Shown: positions 23,930 to 34,825, numbered from the stretch's first letter. The stretch: DNA of 64,000 bases from Vicinamibacteria bacterium (GCA_963743245.1 CAVUPP010000011.1:514473-578472), one strand, 5' to 3'. Notes: generated by a model from the sequence alone, not told the origin. Numbers and translations are program-made.

Positions 23930-26644
23930 CTATGCGCGCTCCAGACGTCTACCGCGCGCTGCTCTGGTGTTACCCGGCCGAGTTCCGCAACGAATATGGC
24001 CGGGAGATGATGGGTGCCTTTACCGCGCAACTGCGGGATGCGCAGCACGCCGGACGGCGCGGCGCGATCGGCATCTGGCTCACCACGCTCGTCGATCTCA
24101 TTCCCACCGCTCTACGGGAGCATCGTCACGTGATTCAACAAGACTTGCGCCACGCCGTTCGCGTGTTTGCCGCCACGCCTGGATTCACTGCCGTCGCGGC
24201 TCTTTCGCTGGCTCTCGGGATCGGAGCCAACGTCGCCATCTTCAGTCTGCTGAACAGCGTGCTCCTGAGCGCGCTGCCTGTGCCGCACCCGGAGACGCTC
24301 GTGGTGCTGACCGATCCCAGTGTGGCCGGCGTCAGTCAAGGCCAGGAGGATGGGGACCGATCTCTGCTGACGTATCCCGAGTTCGTGGCGCTGCAACACG
24401 AGTCTCCCGGGCTGCAGTCGCTCATGGCCGCGCAGAGTCGCGCCGATCGTCTCGACGTGCGAATCGGAGGCGCCGAACCGGAAGAAGTCAGCACGCGCCT
24501 GGTCTCAGCCTCGTACTTCAGCGACACTCGGCGTACCGGCGTTCGTGGGGCGCACGTTCGACTCGCCGTCGGAGCCAGCGCCGGGTACCGTGCCCTATGT
24601 GGTCCTGAGCTACCAGTTCTGGCAGCGCCGCTTCGGTGGTCGAGCCGACACGCGTGGGCCAGCCGATCACCATCCGCGGTACGGTCTTTACCGTAGTCGG
24701 GATCGCGCCGTCGTCTTTTCTGGGCGAAACAGTGGGCGAGTGCCCGGACCTGTGGGTGCCGCTCGCGATGCAGGGAGCGGTCCTGACCGGCCGCGACTGG
24801 CTGCACGATACGCCCGGGAGCTTCGAGAAAGTGATGTGGCTGCACGCATTCGGCCGTCTGGCTCCTGGCGCGACGCTCGAGCAGGTGCAGGCGCATGCGA
24901 ACGTCACGTTCCAGCAAGGGCTCGCGAGCTATTACGCGCCCCTGGCGGACGCCACCATGCGGAAGCGCTTCATGGATCAGCGGCTCCGCGTGCGGCCTGC
25001 CTCCACAGGCGCGTCTACGCTGCGCGGTGACTTCTCAGAGCCGCTCCTCGTATTGTTGGGCGCCGCCGCGTTCGTCCTGCTCATCGCCTGCTCCAATCTC
25101 GGCAACCTGCTGCTGGCGCGCACGACGGCGCGCAGCCGGGAGATGGCGGTTCGACTGGCTCTGGGCGCGAGCCGTGGCCGGCTGGTCCGGCAGCTGATGA
25201 CCGAGAGCCTGTGTCTCGCGGGAATCGGGGGCCTGCTGGGAATCGGGACCGCCGCGCTGTTGCGTCAGGGCCTGCTGCGACTCGTGTCGGATACGGCCGC
25301 TCTCCCGGCGGCGCTCGATCTGCGAGAGATCGGATTCATTCTCGCCGTCACGCTCGCGGCGGGCCTGCTCCTCGGCCTGCTCCCGTCGCTGCGATTGACG
25401 AAGGCGGACGCGAACACAGGGCTCCGCGAGGAGGGACGAGGAATCGCGGGATCGGCCGCGTGGCTGCGGGTCGGACGATTCGTCGTCGTCGGTCAGCTCG
25501 CATTGTCGCTTCCGCTCCTGGTCGGAGCTGGCCTTCTCGTGCGCACGCTGATCAATCTGCAGAACGTGGACGTCGGGTACGCGAAGGAGAATCTGCTGAC
25601 CGTCCGGCTGGATGCACAAGCGGCGGGCTACGAACCAGAGCAGCAGACCGCAGCCTTCGATGCGCTCCTTGCGCGAATCCGCGCGCTGCCAGGAGTCCGC
25701 GCGGCGACGTTCTCGAACAACGGACTCTTTGGCGGCTCCGACAACGGCGACCAGGTCGTCGTCGAAGGCTACACGCCGACTGGACAAGGCGATCAGGGTT
25801 CGCGATACGACGCTGTAGGTCCCAACTATTTCTCGACGCTTGGCATCCCGGTGCTCGTCGGCCGCGAGATCACGGATCAGGATCGCACCGGCGGGCGGCA
25901 GGTGTGCGTCATCAACGAGACCTTCGCCAAGCGGTTCTTCAAGAACCGCAATCCGATTGGTCTGCACGTGACGCAGCAGTACGGAGAGGACCGCCATACG
26001 TACGAAGTCGTTGGCGTGGTCCGCGACTCGCGTCAGAACCGCCTGCGCGGTGAAATCGAGCATCGCTTCTACATGCCCGTCTCGCAGCCCGCGGCGGGCC
26101 GATCAGCGGGCTGTCGTTCATCATCAGGCCTGCGAGTGAGAGTGCGTCCCCCATCTCGTCCGTCAGGCGGCTGATTCAGCAGATGGAACCCGGCATGCCC
26201 GTCACACGCGCGTTGGAGGTCACCGACGCCGTGAGCCGTCGGCTCGTTCAAGACCAGCTGCTGGCCCGGCTCTCGATCGGCTTCGGCATCGTCGCACTGC
26301 TGCTGTCGGCGATCGGACTCTACGGCGTGCTGTCGTACGGCGTGAGCCGGCGCACCAATGAGATCGGTGTGCGCAAGGCCCTGGGTGCGCAGCCGCATGC
26401 GCTCATCGGCATGATCATGCGGGAGACGGGATGGCTGCTCGTGGCCGGACTCGTCGTCGGCGCGGCACTCTCGGCCGCCTCCATCCAGCTCATTGCCAGC
26501 CGGCTGTACGGTCTGTCGGCTGCCGATCCCGTGACGGTCGCGACGGCGGTCACTATCCTGGCCGTGGTCGCACTGTTCGCGACATGGCTGCCAGCGCGGC
26601 GGGCCGCCACCGTGGATCCGCTGGTCGCGCTACGCCACGAATGA
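23926..26644 (+). pseudogene. ADOP-type duplicated FtsX/MacB-like permease; three frame breaks
   Basis: GTGA overlap with padR. Segments lie in ORFs 23926.. (..RHAVRVFAATPGFTAVAALSLALGIGAN..), 24545.., 24636..26174 and 26183..26644 (..YGVLSYGVSRRTNEIGVRKALGA.., C-terminus RRAATVDPLVALRHE*). Breaks are at ~24521, ~24640-24655 and ~26098 (C run). Confidence 0.85.
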
Positions 26645-26676
26645 TCCTGGTATGGTAGGACCAGGGAGAGTGGCGC

Positions 26677-27180
26677 ATGACGCTGACCCAATTGTTCCAG
26701 GATGAGCTCGACCGCGAAGCCGCGAGGACGCGTCGCGTCCTCGAAAACGTTCCCGTAGACAAGGACGATTGGAAGCCCCACGAGAAGTCGATGCCGTTCG
26801 GGCGCCTTGCCGGCCTCGTGGCGTCGATGCCGTCCTGGGTCAACCTCATCATCGAACAGGAAGAGCTCGACCTCACGCCGCCCGGCGGAGGCCAGTACCA
26901 ACCCCCACCGACGCGCGAGCTGGTGAACACGCTCGACACGCTCGTGGGGAAGGCGCATACCGCCCTCTCGAAGACCACCGATGACTATCTGCTCACGACG
27001 AACTGGAGATTGAAGGCGGGAGGGCAGGTGGTCCTGAACGATCCCCGCCACGTCGTCCTGCGCGACACGATCAATCACTGGTCGCATCATCGCGGCCAGC
27101 TGACGGTGTATCTGCGCCTGCTGGGGCAGCCCGTGCCATCGGTTTACGGGCCGACCGCCGACGACAAGAGGTTCTTGTAG
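26677..27180 (+). CDS. DinB superfamily protein
   Basis: 167 aa with a four-helix pattern and the C-terminal metal motif ..INHWSHHRGQLTVYLRL.. Confidence 0.85.
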   Translation: MTLTQLFQDELDREAARTRRVLENVPVDKDDWKPHEKSMPFGRLAGLVASMPSWVNLIIEQEELDLTPPGGGQYQPPPTRELVNTLDTLVGKAHTALSKTTDDYLLTTNWRLKAGGQVVLNDPRHVVLRDTINHWSHHRGQLTVYLRLLGQPVPSVYGPTADDKRFL

Positions 27181-27189
27181 ACAGGCCGC

Positions 27190-27231
27190 GGTCTACGGTC
27201 TTCGGTCTACGGTCTACGGTCTTCGGTCCCG
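27190..27231 (+). repeat. heptamer tandem array (GGTCTAC/GGTCTTC), 6 units
   Basis: GGTCTAC GGTCTTC GGTCTAC GGTCTAC GGTCTTC GGTCCCG, starting 10 nt after the DinB stop. Confidence 0.8.
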
Positions 27232-27243
27232 CAGACCGAAGAC
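27219..27243. terminator. bidirectional hairpin between convergent genes
   Basis: Perfect 10-bp stem GTCTTCGGTC-(CCGCA)-GACCGAAGAC built from the last heptamer units. It lies between the DinB (+) and OmpH (-) stops and has no clear U-tract. Confidence 0.55.
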
Positions 27244-27249
27244 AGCAAA

Positions 27250-27844
27250 TCAAGGCTGCTTGGGGTCGGGCGGCGTCGCACTGTCGAGACGCTTGGCGAT
27301 CTCATCAGAGATGTCGAGCGCCGGGTCGTGCCAGAGCGTCGAGCTGTCTACGGTGAAGACCGCCGAGAGCTTCTTCTCGGACGCCACGAGACCCACGATG
27401 GGAAACAGATGCTGCATGAAAAGGTGCATGCGTCTGTTCCTGCGTGCTCTGGACCTCGGCCTGCGCATCCTGCGTAAACCGCTGCAGGTCCACCTGCGCG
27501 CGGTCGTACTGGCGCTGGAGCTGGAGGCGGCTATCCGCGCTCAGGACGGATTCGGTCTGCGAGAGCCGCGTCTGAAGAGCCTCGACCTGCTTCCCGCGCT
27601 CGTCAACCTCCGCGCGCTTCTGAGAGCGGAGCTGATCCAGCTTGGCATTTGCGGCCTTGCCTTCGCGCGTGAGCGACGCAACCCGCTCGAGATCGAGAAA
27701 GCCGACGCTCGCGCCTTGCGGAAACGCCGATCCCAACGCCGGCGCCGTGGCAGCTGGCTTTACAGGTGGCGGCTGCGTCTGTGCGGCTGCCGGCATGGTG
27801 ATGATGAGCGTTGCGAAACCAATCAGGTACCAGAACCCCTTCAT
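27250..27844 (-). pseudogene. OmpH/Skp-family periplasmic chaperone; one frame break
   Basis: Signal MKGFWYLIGFATLIITMPAAAQ and a long coiled-coil (..KLDQLRSQKRAEVDERGKQVEALQ..) in ORF 27305..27844. The C-terminus ..MHLFMQHLFPIVGLVASEKKLSAVFTVD..WHDPALDISDEIAKRLD is in ORF 27250..27468. Break at ~27430. Confidence 0.75.
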
Positions 27845-27867
27845 GCGCGTCCCTCCAGTGACGCGTT

Positions 27868-28650
27868 TTAGACGTTCGAACGGTCCCGCTGGCTGTCAGT
27901 CGGGATGCCGGGCTCATCCACCTGGACGTCAAACAGGCGAATTGGCTGGTTGGGCGAGAGTCTGGTCAAAAGGGGAAGCGAGACGTTGTAAACCGGCGCA
28001 CCCGATGCGAGCCGGCCCTCAGGGGCGCCCTTGTGGGCATGCCCGTGGAACACGGCCGTCACCCCAAGCCGCGACAACGGCTCCTCGAGCCGGCTGCTTC
28101 CGAGGAACGGAAAGATTTCCTGCGGCTCGCCGACGACGGTATCCACGATGGGCGAGTAGTGAAGGAGGACGATGCGAACCTGCGTCCGGAGTCGGGCGAG
28201 CGCAGATTCCATCTTCAAGGCTTCGTCCACGGCTTCGTGCACGAACTGCTTGATCACAGGCTCGCCCCAGGGCCCGAGCGCGCCGCGGCCGAATCCGCCA
28301 CAAAACCCTTTGGCTCCTGCGAAGCCGATGCCCTTGATCTCGCAGGAATCTCCATCGAGGACCGCGATGCCGCCATCCCGCAGCGTTCGCGCAATCGCGT
28401 CCGACGCGTTTCCCTGGTAGTCGTGGTTTCCGAGGACGCTCACGAGCGGCACCTTGATGCCATTCACCAGCTCGCGCGTCACCGCCTGCGCCTCTTCGAC
28501 GGTCCCGTAGTCGGTAAGGTCGCCGAGGAGCAGCATGATGTCGGGGCGCGTGTCATGCACGGCTTTCAATACCGGCAACAGGACGTCTTTCGCGGCGCGG
28601 CCGAAGTGCAGGTCGCCAACGGCTCCAATCCTGATCGTCTGCGTCGGCAT
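27868..28650 (-). CDS. metallophosphoesterase (calcineurin-like)
   Basis: 260 aa with motifs GDLHFG, LLGDLTDYG, GNHD and FHGHAH. Confidence 0.85.
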   Translation of the reverse strand: MPTQTIRIGAVGDLHFGRAAKDVLLPVLKAVHDTRPDIMLLLGDLTDYGTVEEAQAVTRELVNGIKVPLVSVLGNHDYQGNASDAIARTLRDGGIAVLDGDSCEIKGIGFAGAKGFCGGFGRGALGPWGEPVIKQFVHEAVDEALKMESALARLRTQVRIVLLHYSPIVDTVVGEPQEIFPFLGSSRLEEPLSRLGVTAVFHGHAHKGAPEGRLASGAPVYNVSLPLLTRLSPNQPIRLFDVQVDEPGIPTDSQRDRSNV

Positions 28651-28715
28651 GCGGCTCGTCCGTTATTGCCAGCCCGCAGCATGCGGACTGGTATCGGTCT
28701 TGCCAGGCAAGTGAC

Positions 28716-29534
28716 ATGCCCACCCGCGGCCTTGACGACAGTTGTGCGGTTGAGTTCTACCGGACCGTGTTGAAGACGCTCCATCGTGCCGACGTGTCCT
28801 TTCTCGTCGGCGGGACGTACGCGATGGAAGCCCTGGCTGGCATTTCACGACTGACGAAGGACCTGGATCTGTTTCTCGCGCATCAGGACTGGCCGGCTGC
28901 CTGCAACGCATTGGGTGACGCCGGGATCGACTGCAGCATCGTATACCCGCACTGGCTCGGTAAGGCCATCCGTGACGATTTCTTCGTGGACCTGATCTTT
29001 GCAAGCGGTAATGGTGTCGCGCGCGTGGACGAGACGTGGCTCGCACACGGCAGTCTGGGCACGGTGCTGGAAGTGCCCGTTCGCGTGTGTCCGCCCGAGG
29101 AGATGATCTGGTCGAAGGCGTTCGTAATGGAGCGCGAACGATTCGACGGTGCGGACGTGCTGCACATTCTCAGACATTCGGGCCGGCAGCTGAATTGGCG
29201 GCGCCTGGTCGATCGATTTGCCGACCACGGAGACGTCCTGCTCGCGCAGCTCGTGCTGTTCGGATACGTCTACCCGGGCGCGCAGGATATCGTGCCGGAC
29301 TGGGTGATCGCAGAGCTCTGGGCGCGCCGCGGCCAAGCTGGCGCCGCCCCGAATGTCTGTCGAGGGACGTTGCTGTCCAGAACGCAGTACCTGGTGGACG
29401 TCAATGGCTGGGGGGCTGCTGACGCCCGGCTCGGTCCACATGGGACGATGAGCGACGACGAGGTGGCAGAGTGGACCGCCGGGATCGAGCCGGGTACGGT
29501 CCCCCTGCCCGCGCCGTCACTGGTTGATCGCTGA
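28716..29534 (+). CDS. nucleotidyltransferase-fold protein (uncharacterised NTase family)
   Basis: 272 aa. The G-G..D-x-D pattern VGGTYAMEALAGISRLTKDLDLFL is typical of the pol-beta NTase fold. Confidence 0.6.
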   Translation: MPTRGLDDSCAVEFYRTVLKTLHRADVSFLVGGTYAMEALAGISRLTKDLDLFLAHQDWPAACNALGDAGIDCSIVYPHWLGKAIRDDFFVDLIFASGNGVARVDETWLAHGSLGTVLEVPVRVCPPEEMIWSKAFVMERERFDGADVLHILRHSGRQLNWRRLVDRFADHGDVLLAQLVLFGYVYPGAQDIVPDWVIAELWARRGQAGAAPNVCRGTLLSRTQYLVDVNGWGAADARLGPHGTMSDDEVAEWTAGIEPGTVPLPAPSLVDR

Positions 29535-29870
29535 ACCCGGCTCGTAGATCTGCCGCAGCTCGCACTCGCCGTCGCCGGCGACCTGCATGAACTCCTTCAC
29601 CACCTGGATGGCATGTGCCTTCGAGCTCACCTGGAGCAGCGCCAGGCCGCCGACCACCTCTTTTGATTCGGTGAATGGTCCGTCCGTCACAGTCACCGTA
29701 CCGTTCGACTGGCGGACGCGGGCACCGGCGAGGCTCGACATGCAGCCTTCCGTCGCCAGCAGCACCCCGGATTTCATGCTCTCCTCGATCAGCTTTCCCA
29801 TCCGTGCCATTTCCTCCATCGTGGGAGGGGTGTGGCGTTCGACCGTCTTGTAGAGGCTCAGAAAACGCAT
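29517..29870 (-). CDS. YCII-related (DGPF) domain protein
   Basis: 117 aa with ..VTVTDGPFTESKEVVGGLALLQV.. Confidence 0.8.
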   Translation of the reverse strand: MRFLSLYKTVERHTPPTMEEMARMGKLIEESMKSGVLLATEGCMSSLAGARVRQSNGTVTVTDGPFTESKEVVGGLALLQVSSKAHAIQVVKEFMQVAGDGECELRQIYEPGSAINQ

Positions 29871-30002
29871 GACTCAATCTCCAGTGAACTGATTTGGGGC
29901 TCTCTAGCTCGTAGTCGAACACGGCACGCGCGGATCGACAGGCACACAGGGAAAATCGAGATCGTCACGCGCCGGCGGCGCCTGTGGTTCAATCTCACGC
30001 GA

Positions 30003-31865
30003 ATGGCCTCGCGTGCGGTTCCCGCTCCCATCCGTCCCGTCTGGATCACGGGCCCGTGGACGGACCTCCTGATCGGCTGCGGCGGATGGTCCGTTCCGCT
30101 GCTGCTCGCGTCCTACGCGCTCGTCGATCGCGACGTGCCGCGCTGGTCGGCGGTGTTCTACGGCCTCGCCCTCGTCTGCAACTACCCGCACTACATGGCC
30201 ACGATCTACCGGGCCTACGGCAGCGACGATCGTGGGCAGTACCGCCTGTACACACGCTATCTGACGGCAGCACTGGTCGCGCTTGCGGTCATCGCGCACG
30301 CGCGGTTCTGGCTGGTTCCGTGGCTGTTCACGACGTATGTGCTGTGGAGCCCGTGGCACTACACGGGCCAGAACTTCGGCCTGCTGATGATGTTCCTGCG
30401 GCGCGCCGGGATCGATGTCTCCCCTGTCGAGCGCCGGCGGCTGCATGTGGCCTTCGTCGCGTCGTACGTGCTGCTCATGGCCGCGTTCAACAACGGGCCG
30501 TCGCACGATCCGCTCGTGCTGTCCCTCGCTTTGCCCAATGCCGTCGCGCAGACGATCGAGATTGGTGCGGGGCTCGTGTTTCTCGGAGCCGGCAGCTGGG
30601 CGTTCCTGTCGCTGGCCCGAAGAGCGCCGTCCGGCGCGCTGCTTCCGCCGTTGACCCTGTATTCGACCCAGGCACTGTGGTTCGTGCTGCCCATCGCGCT
30701 CAGCTGGATCTCTTCGTTGTCCGCGCCGCAGACGCGGTACAGCTCCGGCATGATCGCTGTGATGCACTCCGCGCAGTACCTGTGGATCACCAGGTACTTT
30801 GCTTCACGCGACGCCGCGGCAGAGCCAGCTGCCCGACCGTGGAGCGCCCGCGTGTACTGGGCCACGCTCGTCATCGGCGGCATCGCGCTTTTCCTCCCCG
30901 TGCCGTGGCTGGCCAGCTATGGCTGGCACTCGGACTTCACCGCCAGCGCCTTCATCGTCGCCTCGATTGTCAACATCCATCACTTCATGATCGATGGCGT
31001 GGTCTGGAAGCTGCGCAACCCGCGCGTCGGTCAGGTGCTCGTCGAATCCTCGGCTCCCGCGCCCGACCTGCACGCCGCTTTGTCGACACGCCAGCCGCGG
31101 TGGCGTGACCGGCGCGTCCTGTTCACGGGCATACGAGTCGGCGCTGTCGCCTTGCTGCTGGCGCTGGCCGCCGTCGACCAATGGCGGTACGGTCTGGCCG
31201 CCGGCCATTCGGATCCGGCGCGCCTCGCCGAGGCGACGGCCATCAATCCCTACGACACGGGAGCCTACCTGCGTCTGGCGCAGGCAGAAGGCAAGGCCGG
31301 CAATACGAGCGCTGCGGAGTCTGCCCTCCGCCGCGCGATGTCGATCAGTCCCGACAATCCATCGCCCGCTCGTGCACTCGTCCGCCTGCTCATCGAGTCC
31401 AACCGGCTTGCCGATGCCTATCCTGTCGCAGAAGCGGCGGCCACGAGATGGCCAGACGATGTGGACATGGTCGTGAACGCGGGAGTGCTTGCGTTCCGGC
31501 TCGGCAATCAGCCGGCGGCAGAGCAGTGGTGGCGGCGAGCGCTCGAGCGCGACTCGACTCAACTGCAAGTGCATGCCTATCTCGCCGGTGTCCTGGACGC
31601 GCGAGGCGACGCCCGGTCCGCGCTCCCGCATTACCGGTCGTATCTCGAGCTCGCGGCGGCGGCACCACCCGACCGCAGGCCCGCACCGGGCGACATCGTT
31701 CAGGTCGTGATCAAGTTCGGTGATGCCCTCGCGCACGAGGGAGCGCGCGATGCGGCCCGCACGCAGTACGACCTGGCGATGCGCATGGCACAGCAGACGG
31801 GCCTCGTTGAGGCGGAGACCCTGGCGCGCGCGCGGCAAGCGACACTCGGGGCGACGCCGCGCTGA
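30003..31865 (+). CDS. polytopic membrane protein with C-terminal TPR domain, unknown function
   Basis: ORF 29832..31865 trimmed to ATG 30003 (MASRAVPAPIRPVWITGPW..). About 10 TM spans with conserved-looking His motifs (NYPHYMATIYRAY, SPWHYTGQNFG, HSAQYLW, NIHHFMIDGVVWK), then TPR-like repeats. Confidence 0.7.
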   Translation: MASRAVPAPIRPVWITGPWTDLLIGCGGWSVPLLLASYALVDRDVPRWSAVFYGLALVCNYPHYMATIYRAYGSDDRGQYRLYTRYLTAALVALAVIAHARFWLVPWLFTTYVLWSPWHYTGQNFGLLMMFLRRAGIDVSPVERRRLHVAFVASYVLLMAAFNNGPSHDPLVLSLALPNAVAQTIEIGAGLVFLGAGSWAFLSLARRAPSGALLPPLTLYSTQALWFVLPIALSWISSLSAPQTRYSSGMIAVMHSAQYLWITRYFASRDAAAEPAARPWSARVYWATLVIGGIALFLPVPWLASYGWHSDFTASAFIVASIVNIHHFMIDGVVWKLRNPRVGQVLVESSAPAPDLHAALSTRQPRWRDRRVLFTGIRVGAVALLLALAAVDQWRYGLAAGHSDPARLAEATAINPYDTGAYLRLAQAEGKAGNTSAAESALRRAMSISPDNPSPARALVRLLIESNRLADAYPVAEAAATRWPDDVDMVVNAGVLAFRLGNQPAAEQWWRRALERDSTQLQVHAYLAGVLDARGDARSALPHYRSYLELAAAAPPDRRPAPGDIVQVVIKFGDALAHEGARDAARTQYDLAMRMAQQTGLVEAETLARARQATLGATPR

Positions 31866-31908
31866 CGTCGCTGGCAGGCCCATTCGTCCTTCTGGCACAA
31901 TCAGCGCC

Positions 31909-32873
31909 ATGACCACCACTCGACGTCATTTCCTGCAGGCATCGGCTGCGGCGATCGCCGCCGGCACGTCGGCGCTCGGGGCACTCGCGCCTTCGCCGGT
32001 TCTCCACGCATCACGACTCGCCTCGGCCCTGCCGATGGCGGATCCCAACGCAGGCAAGAAACCGTTGCGGCTCGGGCTCATCATCGGCGTCGGTAAAGAC
32101 CCCGATGTCTCACTTTCGAGAGTCAAGGATCTGGGTGTTCCGACCTGCCAGGTCTCCGTGGACGAGTTCAGTGCGGCAAGCGCGGCCGCGCCTCCGCTCC
32201 TCGCTGGACGCACACGGACTCGAGGCCACTGCGCTCGTGGTCGGCGGTCCTGGCGAAGAAGTCTGGGACTTCTATCGTGGCCCGTTGACGATCGGGCTCG
32301 TGCCTCGGGCCACCCGTGCGGCCCGCGTCGCCCACATCAAGCAGGCGTCCGACTTCGCCAAGCAGGCGGGCATCCCGGCCGTGCAGACGCATTGCGGCTT
32401 CATTCCCGAGAACCCGAACGATCCGCTCTACAAGGAGACGATCGACGCGGCGCGCGTCGTCGCCTCGGTACTGCCGTACCAACGGACAGCAGTTTCGATA
32501 CGAGACGGGACAGGAGACGCCCATCACGCTGATTCGCGCGATGCGCGACGTCGGCACCGACAACCAGGGGGTCAACTTCGATCTCGCCAACCTGATTCTG
32601 TACGGGAAGGCGAATCCGCTCGATGCCATCGAGCTGCTCGGGCCGCACGTTCAGGGAATTCACGCCAAGGACGGGCTGTGGCCGACCGATCCGAAGAATC
32701 TCGGCGAAGAGGTGCCCATCGGCAAGGGCAAGGTGGACTTTCCGCGAATCATCGCGCGCCTGAAGGCGCTCGACTACCGTGGTGCGGTGACGATCGAACG
32801 CGAGACCTCCGGTCCTCAACAGCTCGAAGACGTGCGCGCGTCGAAAGTTTATCTGGAGGGCTTGATCGGTTAG
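31909..32873 (+). pseudogene. sugar phosphate isomerase/epimerase (xylose-isomerase-like TIM barrel), Tat signal; two frame breaks
   Basis: MTTTRRHFLQASAAAIAAG.. in ORF 31720.. The middle part ..LEATALVVGGPGE..IPAVQTHCGFIPE.. is in ORF 32105.. The end ..FRYETGQETP..VNFDLANLILYG..GAVTIERE.. is in ORF 32316..32873. Breaks at ~32190 and ~32467. Confidence 0.8.
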
Positions 32874-32909
32874 CCCTTCGTCAAGCGCCAGCCAGGTGCG
32901 CGCACTCTG

Positions 32910-33815
32910 TTACTCGCGACCAGTTGTGCGGCGCCAGGACTGCAACTCATCACCGGCCGGGGCCCGCTGAAAGTGCAGCGGGTCTCGCAGGCTTTGCAGC
33001 TCGCGGTAGTAGTAGAGCGACGTCGGGCGATTTTTCGCGAAGCGCAGCGCCTCCAGAAACGCGATCTCTTCCGCAGTCGCGTCGCCGCTCAGGTACGGAT
33101 CGTCCAGGAACGCACGAAGGCCCGGCTCTTCAGGGACAGCCGCAATCGGATCGCATTCCACGAATTCGAATCGTTTGAGGTGCGCGGACGCCAGCCGGCC
33201 GTTCAGGATGATTTCCATGGCGAAGGTCGCCAGATCGATTTCCCATGAATCGATCAACGGGTCCAGGAAGGTGACGCAGTGCTCCAGCGACACGTTGAAG
33301 ATGTCCGTCTCCAGGAAGTCCAGTGCGACGACGCGCATCTGTTCATAGGTGCGCTGACTGAGTCCCGCGACGAGCCGGAGCCACTCCTCATCGTGCAATT
33401 CCTCCTTCGTCACACGTTGGACGACATCGAGCAGCTTCTGTGTCACGAGGCGCTCGAGGGCACCAAACGGTTCCTTCTCGAACATCGGCCGGATGGGCTG
33501 CACACCTGCGCGTGCGTACTTGCGAAGAATCAGCTCGCGTACTTCTCTGAGTAGCGGTGCTGGCGGGTCCGCGAGCTTCCGCTTCAGTGCTTCGAGGCGG
33601 GTCAGCTCCGCCAGTGTCGAGAGCGTGCCGGACGGCAGCCGCAAGTGGGCCTCCATCCGCTCGTAGATGTCGGTCCTGTCGGGAGCCGGAGGGGCTTTCT
33701 TCCCGTTCAGTAGCTGAGAAATGTAGGACTCGGTCACCTGAGCCGCCGCCGCCAAATCCTGTTGCTCGCTTCTCAGTTCCTTGAGTCGCTGGCGCACGAC
33801 GGCCTGAAAATCCAC
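32910..33815 (-). CDS. XRE-family HTH protein with a large uncharacterised C-terminal domain
   Basis: HTH ..LRSEQQDLAAAAQVTESYISQLLNGKK.. GTG 33815 has AGAGGG upstream. The ORF-track start TTG 33851 is the alternative. Confidence 0.7.
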   Translation of the reverse strand: MDFQAVVRQRLKELRSEQQDLAAAAQVTESYISQLLNGKKAPPAPDRTDIYERMEAHLRLPSGTLSTLAELTRLEALKRKLADPPAPLLREVRELILRKYARAGVQPIRPMFEKEPFGALERLVTQKLLDVVQRVTKEELHDEEWLRLVAGLSQRTYEQMRVVALDFLETDIFNVSLEHCVTFLDPLIDSWEIDLATFAMEIILNGRLASAHLKRFEFVECDPIAAVPEEPGLRAFLDDPYLSGDATAEEIAFLEALRFAKNRPTSLYYYRELQSLRDPLHFQRAPAGDELQSWRRTTGRE

Positions 33816-33887
33816 GGCAACCCTCTGTTTACTCTTTTTGGTTGACCGCAATCATGTTGACGGCCTGAGACCACAGTTTACTTGACA

Positions 33888-33915
33888 ATTATAGTTAACC
33901 GACAAACACTACCAA
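33888..33915 (-). promoter_or_regulatory. sigma70-like promoter for the XRE gene
   Basis: On the minus strand: TTGGTA (33915-33910), a 16-nt spacer, then TATAAT (33893-33888), in a locally AT-rich gap. On the plus strand a TTGACA at 33882-33887 overlaps it, so a divergent promoter is possible. Confidence 0.5.
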
Positions 33916-34203
33916 TGGAGTTCGACACGTGTCCGCGGATTCCGCCTCCAGTCGCTGACGCCCGTCGGTCGTGTTCCTTCTTCACCATTGCCGGACCCAG
34001 GAAGACGTACTCACCGTGGTCACGCTATTCGCCGCGTCTCCCACCATCGCCGAAGTGCTGCGTCGCGTTGACTCGGCACGAACGCCGCAACCGTGATTAG
34101 TGAGATCGACCCCCGATACGCGACGACAACGCGGGGCGATGCCATCAACGCGTATCCTGCGGTCACGCCCGCCAGAGGAGGCATCGTGACGACTTCGATA
34201 CCC

Positions 34204-34434
34204 ATGTCTGAGGGATGGGCCGTTGGACCGCCGAGGACGCCGCAAGAGCCAGGTATGCTCGCGCGTCCCGAAGGAGGCGGCATCCGACGTCGTCTGCGGA
34301 CGCTGCCGGGGCTGCTCCAGGATGCGCTGTTCCTGATCCTTGTCGTCTGGCTCTTTGCAGTGATTGTGCTCGTTCTCGGTGCGCCGGTGGCGCTGCTGGT
34401 GCGGCTTGTCAGTGAAGTGATCAAGCTACTGTGA
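34204..34434 (+). CDS. hypothetical small membrane protein
   Basis: C-terminal TM LFLILVVWLFAVIVLVLGAPVALLV. The start within ORF 34093..34434 is uncertain. Confidence 0.3.
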   Translation: MSEGWAVGPPRTPQEPGMLARPEGGGIRRRLRTLPGLLQDALFLILVVWLFAVIVLVLGAPVALLVRLVSEVIKLL

Positions 34435-34487
34435 GTCGGTTGTTCGCTTCGAGTCCTCCCTGGGTTCGATCGGCTGATTGAGGAACA

Positions 34488-34688
34488 ATGATGAAAAGAG
34501 ACTCGGACTGCGTCGCGATCGCCCCGCCGCTCACGGCAACAGCGATGGCGCTCAGCCCTGACGATCGCTGGGGACAGTGGGAAGCCAAGGGGGCTCGCCA
34601 TGACGCCCTCGTCGCACGCAACGTCCGCCTGATTGCCGTGATCATGGTCACGGCCTGCTTGATATGGGCGGCGCTCTTCCGGCCCTAG
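34488..34688 (+). CDS. hypothetical small membrane protein
   Basis: 66 aa. GAGGA lies 4 nt before the ATG. ..DDRWGQWEAKGARHD.. followed by TM LIAVIMVTACLIWAALF. Confidence 0.4.
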   Translation: MMKRDSDCVAIAPPLTATAMALSPDDRWGQWEAKGARHDALVARNVRLIAVIMVTACLIWAALFRP

Positions 34689-34825
34689 CGATCCCCTCGC
34701 CTTGGGCGGTCGGACGAACGACGATCTGAGTCCCTCCGCCAGCCCGTCCGGTCTGAGTTGACATTCCCGACAGCCGCGGTCTAAGTAACGCCGCGTGTGG
34801 GTGCGACCGCCCGGCACGAGGAGGG

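Noticed and set aside
27071-27253. 60-aa ORF with repeated ..PKTVDRRPKTVDR.. as a repeat peptide
   Set aside because: It is the minus-strand translation of the GGTCTAC/GGTCTTC heptamer array and hairpin between two convergent genes. It has no start context.
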